The notes beneath the pieces were generated by a model, which worked only from the letters and a program-made list of their open reading frames with translations, had not been told where the DNA came from and did not search any database. A stretch of 64,000 nt of DNA from a virus, in the IMG/VR virus record IMGVR_UViG_3300050132_000248, positions 32,001-96,000 of that record; one strand, 5' to 3'. The position numbers and the translations under genes were made by a program. This document shows, piece after piece, positions 38,029-48,859 of this stretch (the stretch's first letter is position 1; every line of letters starts with the position of its first letter).

Positions 38029-38766
38029 ATGGCAATCCTTCGTAAGCTCGTAAGTGATGTCCGCAGTCTTCATAAATTGCTTTCTACAGATAGTATAGCA
38101 ACGGATAGGATGATAGCTAGTGAATTGAAAGTAAATGCACTTTTATTACTCAAGAGGGAAACAAACCTAAGAAGGTTGTGGGCTACAGACACAATTTTTA
38201 CCACTATACCCTGTCTTCAGATGATTGAAGTACCTATCTCAGAATGTTGTGATTATGCTGATCCCTGCAATATAGCAAGAAGTAAATTACATCTTCCACG
38301 GATATGTGAAGGAAACTATCAATATCTCATACAGGGAGTCTATTCAATAAATGCCATGAGAGGCAAAGCCACAAAACTCAAAGAGGTTACAATCAATAGA
38401 TATATCAACCTCCTGAAACTTCCAATTGTAAAGAAAGAGAATTATTATTGGATAGCAAATGATTATCTATATGTAACCAATCCAATGGTGCAAAAGGTAA
38501 GAATGGCTGCTTTGTTTGAAGAAGATGTTCCTAATGAATTAATGTATCCAGAATGTGAATGTGGAGAAGCTCCTCCTTTAGATGAATTATGCAAGAATCC
38601 TTTGGATAAGGAATCTTTCATTCCCGGGTATTTGGAAAAACAAGTTCTTCAACTGACATCACAAACATTATTAAGTACATACTTTGGAGTAAGGATGGAA
38701 ACAGAACCTTTGAGTGGTGTAGATGAACAGGTAGCTGCACCTCCACAAAATCAAAGAGGGAGATAA
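38029..38766 (+). CDS. putative tail ring/adaptor protein (245 aa)
   Basis: ORF track; position in the crAss-like ring-HU-ring-muzzle order. Confidence 0.55.
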   Translation: MAILRKLVSDVRSLHKLLSTDSIATDRMIASELKVNALLLLKRETNLRRLWATDTIFTTIPCLQMIEVPISECCDYADPCNIARSKLHLPRICEGNYQYLIQGVYSINAMRGKATKLKEVTINRYINLLKLPIVKKENYYWIANDYLYVTNPMVQKVRMAALFEEDVPNELMYPECECGEAPPLDELCKNPLDKESFIPGYLEKQVLQLTSQTLLSTYFGVRMETEPLSGVDEQVAAPPQNQRGR

Positions 38767-38770
38767 TACT

Positions 38771-39262
38771 TTGAGTAGAACAGCAACTGATTACAGAAGT
38801 GCAAGTAAAACTAATTACGATGATTTTTGTAAACGTCATCCAAGTGTAATTCTTACATTTGATCAATGGAAATCTATCATCTATGACTTCAATGAATCAT
38901 TTAAAGAATATATTCTTGAGACAGGTGATAGAATAAAGTTTCCATTTGGATTTGGAGAGTTTTCAATTAACAAGAAGAAGCGAAAGAAGATTCTAAAATT
39001 CAATGGGCAAGAAAAAGTTGGCCTTCCTATTGATTGGAAGAAGACAAAAGAAAAAGGAAAAACTATCTACAATTTTAACTTTCATACAGAAGGTTATTTT
39101 TTTGGCTGGAAGTGGTTTAAAACTACAGCAAGATTTAAGAATGTAGACCTTTGGTATTTTAAGCCAACTAGAGCTACATCAAGATTGCTTGGTCATTACA
39201 TTAATATAGATAAGAAATATCAGAATATTTATCGTGAATGGAAGCTTGCTAATGCAACATAA
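38771..39262 (+). CDS. HU/IHF-like protein (163 aa, TTG start)
   Basis: IKFPFGFGEFSINKKK HU-like signature. Confidence 0.6.
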   Translation: MSRTATDYRSASKTNYDDFCKRHPSVILTFDQWKSIIYDFNESFKEYILETGDRIKFPFGFGEFSINKKKRKKILKFNGQEKVGLPIDWKKTKEKGKTIYNFNFHTEGYFFGWKWFKTTARFKNVDLWYFKPTRATSRLLGHYINIDKKYQNIYREWKLANAT

Positions 39263-39273
39263 AATAGAACAAG

Positions 39274-40236
39274 ATGTATTATTATCGTTATAATTTCGTA
39301 TCCCCAGAATCCTCATTTGCTACAATTAAGGAGGAATTCAAGTCATATTTTGATACCTCTGCGATAGACGACCTAATGTTTCCTACATGGTTAAATAAGG
39401 CTCTAAACAAATTGGGTAAGTCTTCATATATAATCAGTGAAGAGATTTTGTACATTAAAGATTTTGAAGACAGACTTCCTGATAATTTTTATGCTGTAAG
39501 AGAAGCATGGGCATGTACAGAGATGGTAGGATATCCTTATCAGACTGCTAATTCATTTTATTCTCAGGCAGCCTCTGCAACAACTATTCAGGTGTCTCCA
39601 ATGGTAGTGGATGGACAACCTTGCAATGATCCTGTATGTCCAAACGATGCATGTGACCCATGTATGCCAAATCTGGTACAGGCTATCTATAAAACTAATA
39701 ATGAGTTCACAAGAACATTTCATAAGGAATATTTACTACAACCCGGGAATATATCTGTTAGACAACATTGTGATGTAGAATATACATCTGCTTGGGATAG
39801 AGTTTCAAAGATACATCAGAGTACACCTTTCTCTTCTTCTTATGATTCTTTTGATATCAGAGATAATAAATTTGTCACTAATTTCAGAGATGGGATTGTT
39901 CATCTTGTATTTTATGCCACTGAATATGATAATTTGGGTAGTCAGATGATTCCTGATAATTTTCGTATAAAGGAATATGTAGAAGCATATATTAAGATGA
40001 AGTTAATTGAAATGCTTGTAAATCAAGTAACTGATGAAACTTTTAATCAACTTCAACAGAAACTCGTTTATTATACAAAGCTACATGACGAAGCTCTTAT
40101 TCTAGCGTTCTCAGAAATAAAATCACAAGATATTTGGACAAAGCAGAGAAGAATAAAAAAGGATTTAAATCGTTTTAACATGTATGAACTCCCGGGAAGT
40201 ATACCTAATAGACATTCTTGGAAACGTAATGTTTAA
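39274..40236 (+). CDS. putative tail ring protein (320 aa)
   Basis: ORF track; C-terminal IPDN..KEYVEAYIKMK helix; precedes the muzzle-like gene. Confidence 0.55.
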   Translation: MYYYRYNFVSPESSFATIKEEFKSYFDTSAIDDLMFPTWLNKALNKLGKSSYIISEEILYIKDFEDRLPDNFYAVREAWACTEMVGYPYQTANSFYSQAASATTIQVSPMVVDGQPCNDPVCPNDACDPCMPNLVQAIYKTNNEFTRTFHKEYLLQPGNISVRQHCDVEYTSAWDRVSKIHQSTPFSSSYDSFDIRDNKFVTNFRDGIVHLVFYATEYDNLGSQMIPDNFRIKEYVEAYIKMKLIEMLVNQVTDETFNQLQQKLVYYTKLHDEALILAFSEIKSQDIWTKQRRIKKDLNRFNMYELPGSIPNRHSWKRNV

Positions 40237-40241
40237 TTGAA

Positions 40242-43200
40242 ATGACTGAGGAAGAAGGAAATATAAAGCAGGAATTTAACTTTGCTCAAACAGGACTTAA
40301 TCTTGATTTGACCCCATCACAAGTCAAAGAAGGAATGACAACTTTTTGCCTTAATGGTTCTGTTGAAAATTTTGATGCAAACGGAATATCTTATCAAAAT
40401 GAACAGGGCAATGAATTTTGTATTTCTTTTCCTGAAGGATTTGTTTTAATTGGAAAGCATTTCATTAATGAGCAAAGCAGACATATTTTCTTTATTACTA
40501 ATCCAAATGAACCTGCTTATCCAGATCAGATTGGTTATATGGATAATAATGATGGCTTATACCATATAATGATACAGGGTGCTTTTGGTTTTAACATTCA
40601 TTATCCTATTCATAAATGTGTACATAAAATAAATAATTGCTCCACAGAAATATACTGGACAGATGGCCTTAACTCAAGACGCTATCTCAATTTTGATAAA
40701 ATCCCATATGTATTAATTGGAGGAACACCTGCGTGTAATCCCATCTATGGAACTGATATTGATGTTAATCAATTAAAGCTTCAGCCTAATTTTAATATTC
40801 CTGAGCTTTCTGTAAGTGATGTAACTAATGTAGGAACTCTTGTTGAGGGTACATATCAGTTTGCTATTCAGTATTGTGACATCTCTGGCAATGAATACAC
40901 CTCTTATTATTCTGTTACAAATCCCACACCTATTACTGATACATCTATAGTTTCAGTTAATTTTAATAATCAAATAGGAAAGTCAATTGTCCTTGATATA
41001 ACTAATCTTGATCTAAGTGGACAGTTTCAGTATTTCAATTTAGCTGTTATAAAAACTATTAATGCTATTTCTTCTGTAGAATTAGTAGGAACTTATTTCA
41101 TAGAGGGAGATAGTAAACAAATAATCTATACAGGACAGTCTTCCAGTAATACAACTACAAATATTCGACTTTCAATAAATGATATATTTGAGAAGTTTCC
41201 CTATTATGATATTGCTAATGATCTAACAGCTGTTCAGGATGTTCTTGTATGGGACGATCTTATATCTATTGATAGGATTAATTATCAAGGGATTGCGAAT
41301 GGAATTACTCTGCAATGGCAAACTTGGAGAATTCCTGCAGATGAGAATTATTCCAATGAATTGAATGCAACTAATTATCGTTCTTATTTAAGAGATGAAG
41401 TGTATCCATTTGAAATAGTTTTCTTATTGAAGAATGGAAAACAAACAGATGGATTTCATATCCCGGGAAGAGCAAAGGATTTTAATGAATTACATCAACC
41501 TGATGTTCCCAACACTGATGCTGATTTCATAGGAACTCCTGATTACTATGATAGTGAAATAGGTTATTCTCCTTTTTGGAAAATTTACAATACAGCAAGT
41601 GTTGTAGAGAATGATCCTGAATATACAACTGATCCTGAGTATAAAGGACCTTATCAAACAGGAGAATTTGCATATTGGGAATCTACTGAACAATATCCCT
41701 GTAATAAAGATGTGTGGGGAGAGCTTGCAGGACAAAATATAAGACATCATAAATTTCCTGATATTCTTGTTTCTCCAATTTTTGAATCACAGATATTCAC
41801 TGGAATGAGTGGAATGGTAATGAGTAATGAAGCCATTTTTCCAATAGGTATTAAAATTGATGTAGATCAGATAAAGACATTGATTAATATATCCTCTCTT
41901 ACAACTGAACAGAAAGGTGATATTGTTGGATTTAAAATAGTTAGAGGAGACAGATCAACAAACAAATCTGTTATAGCAAAAGGCATATTAAGGAATGTAG
42001 GTATTTATACAAGAGAAAATGATATAGGAGAAAACAATTCATTCTATTTTCCAAATTATCCTTATAATGATTTGAATGAAGATGTGTTTATTAATAGAAC
42101 TAATAATGCATATACAGATGAATGTGCTTCCTATGATATTACAATAGATAATATTCCTCCGACAAGCCCAATAAACCCTCCTGATCCTATCACAGGAAAA
42201 CCTTATGCTGAGGTAAGTTATGTTGATTGCAGTACTAATAACAATACAACTATAAAATACTTTACTATAGGATCAACTGATCCTATAACAGGAAATCCTT
42301 ATAGAATTTGTTCTATTGGCAGACCTTCATTTGATCAGGGAACTGGAACTGTATGTACATCTTCTTATGAGGTGTGGAATGTACATTCAGGAGGATGGCT
42401 TAGCAGAGGATATAGATATGGTTGGTATGACAGATGCAAGGGTTGGAGTGAAGATTGGATGCCGGGAAATGAATGGGGAGGAACTGCGGTGAGTGTTCAG
42501 GTGGTTCCTAATACAGGAGGGGTAACACAGGTAGAAGGACCAGGAAGTATTCATACATCTTATGTAGAAACTATAACCCCAGAAGGTATTTCATGTTCAG
42601 AGGCACAAGGTCTTCCTCCAATTAGAAGCAATCCTTCTCTTGCATATAGACAAATATTTAACTCTCCTGAAACATCTTTCAGTAAGCCTTTCTTAGGAAA
42701 CATTCTTAAACTTGAGAATGTTATATTTGGAGCTGGAATAGCTCATTTTGCAGAAGTGAAAAACAATGCAAAATACAGACTGATTACAGAGGAAGCTCAG
42801 CATGATGCTTTAACTGCTTCTGAAATAATGGCAGCTATGGCTAGTCCATTTGATCCTCAGGTAATGTTTAGTGCCTATCAGACTTATCTTCAAATATATC
42901 TTAATGGTATCACAAGAAAGAATTTTGCTTATTCATATAACTCAATAGCAAATTATGACTATTGGGCAGATATTCCAAATGGTCAGGGAGTAAAACAACG
43001 CAACCTTGATATTAAAACATATTTGGTACCAAATGTGGTATCTACTACTGATGACAATCCTTTAAATAATTGGGAGAGGGAAACCTCTATTTATTTAAGA
43101 ACGGTAGGAGCATTAGATGATAGTGTTCCTCCATTGCCATTTCCAGACCAGAGTCCTGATATACCTATAGCCAATCCTCCTCTAATAGAAAAATCAAGAG

Positions 43201-46058
43201 TAACAGCAAGTGGATGTGATGATTGTAATTATCCTAATAGGAATGTACCCATCACTGTTGTTTCTTATTATGCTTCTATCAAAGATGATTTTGTAAATCA
43301 ATGGGGACAAATTTATTCATATACCACTATTGATACAGGATATCAGAATACACTTACGAATATAGCCTATAATACTATTTTTGGAGGAGACACCTTTATT
43401 AATAGATTTGCATTTAAAATCAAACTTCCATTCTTTCTTGACAATAGAGTGAATGCTCCTGATGATAGTGATATATTCTATGATGAAATTGGAAATGTTG
43501 GTTTTCCTGTTTATTGGCATTCAGCAAGATCTATACTGAAAGATTATGTGATACAGAAAGTTGGAAGAAATGCTGCAAAAGACGCTGAACCCTTAACTAA
43601 TATCATATCATACAAGGCTCATAATTTTGATTGTCCTAATAGTCAAGGAGAGACATATGATTCATCAGGAAATGTAATTAGTACTGATACAACTGCTCCC
43701 GGGAGAACATATTATTCTGGATATTATTATCTGTTTGCATATGGCATTCCTAACTTTTATTGTGAGAGTTCTGTGAATGTCGATCTTAGACAGGCTTTCA
43801 ATAGTAAGGAAGGAGATTTCTTTCCCCATGTAACAAATCATATTCCTGATGATTGGGTACAGGAAAGCAAGGTTTCTATTGCTAATGATAATACCTATTA
43901 TTATAATACAACCTTTTCAAAGCAAAATAAAGAAAATGTATTTACACATCTTCCTCCAGATTGGGAATCTGACCTTTGTTATACTCTCTATCCTTTTAGA
44001 GCCATCTATTCTGATTCACAAAATACAGATGCTGATAACAGAGTGAATGCATGGCTTAATTATAGGGCTCTTTCATATTTTGATTTTCCTCAGAACTATG
44101 GAAATCTTATATCCCTTGATGGTATTCAGAACAGAGCTATTCTGGCAAGGTTTGAAGATAAGACTTTAATGTATGATAACCTATTGACAATTGATACAAG
44201 TAATCCTCAGGCAGCTTATGTAGGAAATCCTAATATGTTTAGGAAGTCTCCACCAATTGATTTTGCTGAAACTGATCTTGGTTATCTTGGGAGTCAGAAT
44301 ACAATGCTTTTAAAAATTCCACAAGGACAATTAACTGTAGATGCAAAGAGAGGACAAGTGTTTCTATTAAATGGATCCTCTAATGCTGTTGATCTTTCTG
44401 GATTTGGTTCTGGATTAAATAGATTTTTCACCGATCATTTAGCTTTTGAAATCCTTCGATGGTTTCCCGATGTAGATACAGATAATAATTATAATGGCAT
44501 TGGTTTACATGGAGTGTATGACAGTAAGTTTGACAGACTCATTCTTACTAAACTTGATTATATACCTATTGATAAAAATGTAAAATACGATTCTGTTACA
44601 AGAGATTTCTATATTGAGAATATTACATCAATGCATGTTTGTGATTGTGCATTATTTGGAATTGCTTATGGAATAGATCCTTTCACATTAGAAGGAGAAG
44701 CATGGCAGGGAGGATCTCCTCCTGAAGTTCCTATGGCACCTTATACACAACAACCTTGTGCTTCTCATCAATTTACTCAAAGAGTAATTGTGTCTCTAAA
44801 TGATCCTAATTATTTCTGTAATAAGTCATGGACTCTTTCATATAATGTAAATACAAAGAGTTGGATTAGCTTCCATAGTTATATTCCTAATTGGTATATT
44901 GGAGAGAATAATTTCTTCTATTCAGGAATAAATGGTTGCTGTGGAGATTTTGATTTTATTGCAGGAACAATGGTCACTACTACAAGCACCACAAGTACAA
45001 CGAGTACTACAACTACTCTACATCCTCCTACAACAACTACTACATCAACTAGTACATCAACAACATCTACCACCACTACAGCAACTACGAGTACAACTAC
45101 TACATTATATCCACCAACAACAACCACCACTACGACAATTTGTCAAAGACCTATGGGACTAACTAATTATCCACTTGTTACAGGATATACACTCACCACT
45201 CCTCCAGTTGAATTTGGTTCAACAGGTAGTGAAGCAGAAGCCTGTAGTGCTGAATACTTCTTATCAACTTATGATATTTCAAAGGATCCAAACGGATTGT
45301 TAGTAAATATTCTACGTGCTCAAGCATTTTCATTATCCTTATGGCAAAAAGTTTACAATGGATGGGTAGCTACTGATTGTAATGTTGTTCCTGATGGATG
45401 GTATTTCACTGAAGAACTTATGTACTCCAATCTGGTATTCAATGTTATAAGTGGAATAATTGTTGAAATAGATTCATGTATATCAAGTACGACAACTACA
45501 TCTTCTACAACAAGTACTACCACCACTCTATATCTGAATAATTGTGGAGACATTATTTTGTATAATAGTGGACTTATGTATGAGAAGGATTATTCAATTT
45601 CAGTAGGTAGTGTAACAGGGACAACCTTATTTGATTTTAATACTGATGTTGACCCAGTTAGGTTCATAGTAATATGGAATTCATCCAATGTTATAGATAC
45701 AGGATATCATGGTGATGTAGATTATGATTTTGGTGGAGCAAATAGATCAATGTTCAATTTTGGTTTATTAGGAAAAATTGATCCTGTAACACATAATGCA
45801 TATCCCGATGCTATAACATATACTGATGATGGATATCCAAGAATAAGTTCTGCCACAGTTGCTACTTATTCATTTAGCAAATCAACAGCAAGTCCAACTA
45901 ATGTTGAGGTATCTATATATTCATCAATAGATGATTCAACAGGAAAATTCAGACTTTATTGCCCGGGAGTAACCACTACAACTACAATAACTCTCACACC
46001 TACAACTACTACTACCACTACACATATAGCAACCACTACGACAACAACAACACATTAA
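40242..46058 (+). CDS. tail muzzle/stabilisation-like protein with Thr-linked C-terminal domains (1938 aa)
   Basis: IYWTDG, IRHHKFP, FGGDTFI, VYDSKFDRLILTK, WTLSY..WISFHSYIP segments typical of crAss-like muzzle proteins. Confidence 0.72.
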   Translation: MTEEEGNIKQEFNFAQTGLNLDLTPSQVKEGMTTFCLNGSVENFDANGISYQNEQGNEFCISFPEGFVLIGKHFINEQSRHIFFITNPNEPAYPDQIGYMDNNDGLYHIMIQGAFGFNIHYPIHKCVHKINNCSTEIYWTDGLNSRRYLNFDKIPYVLIGGTPACNPIYGTDIDVNQLKLQPNFNIPELSVSDVTNVGTLVEGTYQFAIQYCDISGNEYTSYYSVTNPTPITDTSIVSVNFNNQIGKSIVLDITNLDLSGQFQYFNLAVIKTINAISSVELVGTYFIEGDSKQIIYTGQSSSNTTTNIRLSINDIFEKFPYYDIANDLTAVQDVLVWDDLISIDRINYQGIANGITLQWQTWRIPADENYSNELNATNYRSYLRDEVYPFEIVFLLKNGKQTDGFHIPGRAKDFNELHQPDVPNTDADFIGTPDYYDSEIGYSPFWKIYNTASVVENDPEYTTDPEYKGPYQTGEFAYWESTEQYPCNKDVWGELAGQNIRHHKFPDILVSPIFESQIFTGMSGMVMSNEAIFPIGIKIDVDQIKTLINISSLTTEQKGDIVGFKIVRGDRSTNKSVIAKGILRNVGIYTRENDIGENNSFYFPNYPYNDLNEDVFINRTNNAYTDECASYDITIDNIPPTSPINPPDPITGKPYAEVSYVDCSTNNNTTIKYFTIGSTDPITGNPYRICSIGRPSFDQGTGTVCTSSYEVWNVHSGGWLSRGYRYGWYDRCKGWSEDWMPGNEWGGTAVSVQVVPNTGGVTQVEGPGSIHTSYVETITPEGISCSEAQGLPPIRSNPSLAYRQIFNSPETSFSKPFLGNILKLENVIFGAGIAHFAEVKNNAKYRLITEEAQHDALTASEIMAAMASPFDPQVMFSAYQTYLQIYLNGITRKNFAYSYNSIANYDYWADIPNGQGVKQRNLDIKTYLVPNVVSTTDDNPLNNWERETSIYLRTVGALDDSVPPLPFPDQSPDIPIANPPLIEKSRVTASGCDDCNYPNRNVPITVVSYYASIKDDFVNQWGQIYSYTTIDTGYQNTLTNIAYNTIFGGDTFINRFAFKIKLPFFLDNRVNAPDDSDIFYDEIGNVGFPVYWHSARSILKDYVIQKVGRNAAKDAEPLTNIISYKAHNFDCPNSQGETYDSSGNVISTDTTAPGRTYYSGYYYLFAYGIPNFYCESSVNVDLRQAFNSKEGDFFPHVTNHIPDDWVQESKVSIANDNTYYYNTTFSKQNKENVFTHLPPDWESDLCYTLYPFRAIYSDSQNTDADNRVNAWLNYRALSYFDFPQNYGNLISLDGIQNRAILARFEDKTLMYDNLLTIDTSNPQAAYVGNPNMFRKSPPIDFAETDLGYLGSQNTMLLKIPQGQLTVDAKRGQVFLLNGSSNAVDLSGFGSGLNRFFTDHLAFEILRWFPDVDTDNNYNGIGLHGVYDSKFDRLILTKLDYIPIDKNVKYDSVTRDFYIENITSMHVCDCALFGIAYGIDPFTLEGEAWQGGSPPEVPMAPYTQQPCASHQFTQRVIVSLNDPNYFCNKSWTLSYNVNTKSWISFHSYIPNWYIGENNFFYSGINGCCGDFDFIAGTMVTTTSTTSTTSTTTTLHPPTTTTTSTSTSTTSTTTTATTSTTTTLYPPTTTTTTTICQRPMGLTNYPLVTGYTLTTPPVEFGSTGSEAEACSAEYFLSTYDISKDPNGLLVNILRAQAFSLSLWQKVYNGWVATDCNVVPDGWYFTEELMYSNLVFNVISGIIVEIDSCISSTTTTSSTTSTTTTLYLNNCGDIILYNSGLMYEKDYSISVGSVTGTTLFDFNTDVDPVRFIVIWNSSNVIDTGYHGDVDYDFGGANRSMFNFGLLGKIDPVTHNAYPDAITYTDDGYPRISSATVATYSFSKSTASPTNVEVSIYSSIDDSTGKFRLYCPGVTTTTTITLTPTTTTTTTHIATTTTTTTH

Positions 46059-46059
46059 A

Positions 46060-46923
46060 ATGAAAACAATATTTATAAAGCTTACTAAAGCAGGGCCTAC
46101 CTCTGGACCATTTAACATCTATGATCAAGCTGAGAATATCATAGACTCAAATGTTTCCAAGAAGGACTTGGTTTCAGGTATGGCTTTTATTGTAAATGAC
46201 AATGTGATTGCTGTGAAAATAGTCTCTACAGGAGATTGCAAATTTGAGAAGGTTGTTCTTGTTGAAGGCATTACCATACAGCAATATATGGCAACTCAAT
46301 ATGTTGAAATGAAAACCGGATGCTTGTGGAGACATTTAACAAACATACAACTCTATAATTCCTTCTATGGAAAGACAGAACCCTACATATTGGAGTACTC
46401 ATCCTCTTTCAAATTTCAAGATGAGATTCTTCAATCTTTTACAGATTATTCAAAAGCATATGAATATCTTCCAAATCCAGATGGGGTATTCAATCAGAAT
46501 ACAAGAATAGAAACAGATGATAAGTATTTCTCAAATATGATTGTTTATAATGGTCAGCAATGTTCAGGAATGTTAAATCTCTTTCCTAAGCCATTGCATA
46601 ACATGCAAGCATACATGAGCTTTCCAAAATTCAATTCAGACAGTAAGGATATTTTATTTACAAAGAGTGATAATTTTTATAAAGTGAATACCTTCTTTGA
46701 TGTTTTAAAAGATGTCAGAGTTCAAATGTTTAATACTTCTTGTGAGAGTTTATCCATAGATAAAGTATTGAATCAGAGTAATATGGATTATGGTGTTAGA
46801 AGTTTTAAGAAAAGTCAGCTTCGTTCAAAGGATCTCAAAATCAGAATGATCCTAAATAATTCCTGTACAACACATTTGGTAAGTAATTTTATAATTTCTT
46901 CAAATCAAATAAGTTATAAGTAA
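46060..46923 (+). CDS. probable C-terminal part of the muzzle protein fused to a small beta domain (287 aa)
   Basis: LWRH..YNSFYG..PYILEY continues the muzzle-type pattern; starts 1 nt after the previous stop. Confidence 0.55.
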   Translation: MKTIFIKLTKAGPTSGPFNIYDQAENIIDSNVSKKDLVSGMAFIVNDNVIAVKIVSTGDCKFEKVVLVEGITIQQYMATQYVEMKTGCLWRHLTNIQLYNSFYGKTEPYILEYSSSFKFQDEILQSFTDYSKAYEYLPNPDGVFNQNTRIETDDKYFSNMIVYNGQQCSGMLNLFPKPLHNMQAYMSFPKFNSDSKDILFTKSDNFYKVNTFFDVLKDVRVQMFNTSCESLSIDKVLNQSNMDYGVRSFKKSQLRSKDLKIRMILNNSCTTHLVSNFIISSNQISYK

Positions 46924-46924
46924 T

Positions 46925-48859
46925 ATGAGTGGGTGGCTAGACAAATATGAAGATGGTGGAAAGATGCAAGAGCATCAGGCAAACTTCAACAACAGTGTTG
47001 TAAAGATTCCTGATGGATTTGTTGGTCAAGGAGAAACTATGCCTAATTGGAAATCCCCAGCTTGGAAAGGTCAATTTCAATATGGTGGAATTCTCGATAC
47101 TAAAGAATTTAATCCTATCCCCGGGAGCAAGGGAAATGATGAATACAAAGGACAGGAAGCAAACAGTTATTGGACTGATGAAAAGACACTTCCTCGTAAT
47201 TTAAGAAATAGAGCAAAGATTGGAAGAAGACCTTCTCCACAGGAAGAACAACAGATTAACCAATCAAAAGAATATGTAGGAAGTGATCCTAAAACAGAAA
47301 GTGATGTATACAGAATAAATGGTGAACTCATTAGGAAGTATGCCTACCCTGATTTCAATGATGGTGGGAATGATCATGCCTATCCAAATTTTGTACCCAA
47401 AGGAGAAGTTTGGTTAGATAAAGACAATGTAGGACAAGATGGAAAGACAACATTAGCTCATGAGCTTCTTGAGAGAGAAAAAATGATGGGGGGAATGTTC
47501 TATGACAAATATGGCAAGGATGGAAAAGAAGCTGGAGCTCATGTTCAGGCTTTAAAATTTGAGAATGAAATAAGGAATGGAAAAGCTGAGGTGCCTCAAT
47601 TGATTAATAATCAGACACAATCCCCAGATCAGCAATTACAACCTTTGTCTCAACCTCAAATGAAGAATGGAGGATGGTTAGAGAAATATGAGAATGGTGG
47701 AGAAATGTCCTATTATCAAAATGGATTGGATTTTAAACCAAGAACAATTAGTCAGAATGGTTCTATCACTCCTCCAAGTATAAAAGAAGCTTCTCAGAAT
47801 GAATTCAAATCACCTGAGAATATAAATTCATTAATGAATATATCAGATCCATTAATTACTCCTCAATTTGACAAAGATGGATTACCTTTATATAATGTAA
47901 ATGATGTTCATAATACTTTATTAGAGGCAGTGTCTCCAATGATAAATTTACAGGATAATAGAAAAATACAACAAACAACAGGTAAACCACTTCCTTCTAC
48001 CGACAGAGTATCAAGAAATATTCCTTCATATGGAGTAAGACAATTATTAGATAGATCAATAAATAAAGGATTAAATAGAGAGGATGCTTGGAATGTATTA
48101 GGTATAGCATTACAGGAATCAGGATTCGGGCAAGAAGCTAATGGAGATATAAATATAGGTCATGTAAAATTACATAATGAGAATGATGATGATCCATTTA
48201 CTGATCTAGTTAATACATATAAAGATAAGATGCAACTTGCTACTGATGTAGGATATACTAATCCTTTGCGTAGATTGCAAGTATATAATGGGGATAAGAA
48301 ACTCTATCGTAATACAGAACAGAATTATTATGGACATACAAATGATAAGTATTATGGAGTTCCTATTCCTCCTGAAGGTATAGATGTAAAAAAGAATCCT
48401 TTGTTTGGAAAACAAATAACTGATCTAAAAGAAAATGTTTTAAAGAGGAATCCTGATCTTTATGATATTATGGAAGAGTATTATCCAAGCTCTTCAGATA
48501 AACATCCTGCTAAACAATCTACTAATCAAGATCAATATGATCAAGGAGGAGTAGTAAAAGATAATATGGGCTATTGGAATCCAATGAATAGAGGAAGAGT
48601 TGTTGAAATTGATTCTCCCAATATAACAATGAGAAATATTACTGAGCCTCTCCTTGGAATTTCAGACTCTGGAGATAAACAAATGATGTATCCCGGGAAT
48701 GATTATAAGTTTATTGGAAAGAAAGTGAGAGAATATCCTATTGCTCAGAAGGGAGGAAAATATCCTTCTACAAGATACGGTATCAATGAATTACATCAAT
48801 TACAAGATTTTACTAATAAACCATCTAGTAAAAATTGGTTGAATAAATATAACTCGTAA
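46925..48859 (+). CDS. virion cargo/ejection protein with HExxE metal-motif domain and lysozyme-like domain (644 aa)
   Basis: LAHELLERE..AH; IALQESGFG..VYNG transglycosylase-like motifs; repeated xxGG motifs. Confidence 0.55.
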   Translation: MSGWLDKYEDGGKMQEHQANFNNSVVKIPDGFVGQGETMPNWKSPAWKGQFQYGGILDTKEFNPIPGSKGNDEYKGQEANSYWTDEKTLPRNLRNRAKIGRRPSPQEEQQINQSKEYVGSDPKTESDVYRINGELIRKYAYPDFNDGGNDHAYPNFVPKGEVWLDKDNVGQDGKTTLAHELLEREKMMGGMFYDKYGKDGKEAGAHVQALKFENEIRNGKAEVPQLINNQTQSPDQQLQPLSQPQMKNGGWLEKYENGGEMSYYQNGLDFKPRTISQNGSITPPSIKEASQNEFKSPENINSLMNISDPLITPQFDKDGLPLYNVNDVHNTLLEAVSPMINLQDNRKIQQTTGKPLPSTDRVSRNIPSYGVRQLLDRSINKGLNREDAWNVLGIALQESGFGQEANGDINIGHVKLHNENDDDPFTDLVNTYKDKMQLATDVGYTNPLRRLQVYNGDKKLYRNTEQNYYGHTNDKYYGVPIPPEGIDVKKNPLFGKQITDLKENVLKRNPDLYDIMEEYYPSSSDKHPAKQSTNQDQYDQGGVVKDNMGYWNPMNRGRVVEIDSPNITMRNITEPLLGISDSGDKQMMYPGNDYKFIGKKVREYPIAQKGGKYPSTRYGINELHQLQDFTNKPSSKNWLNKYNS

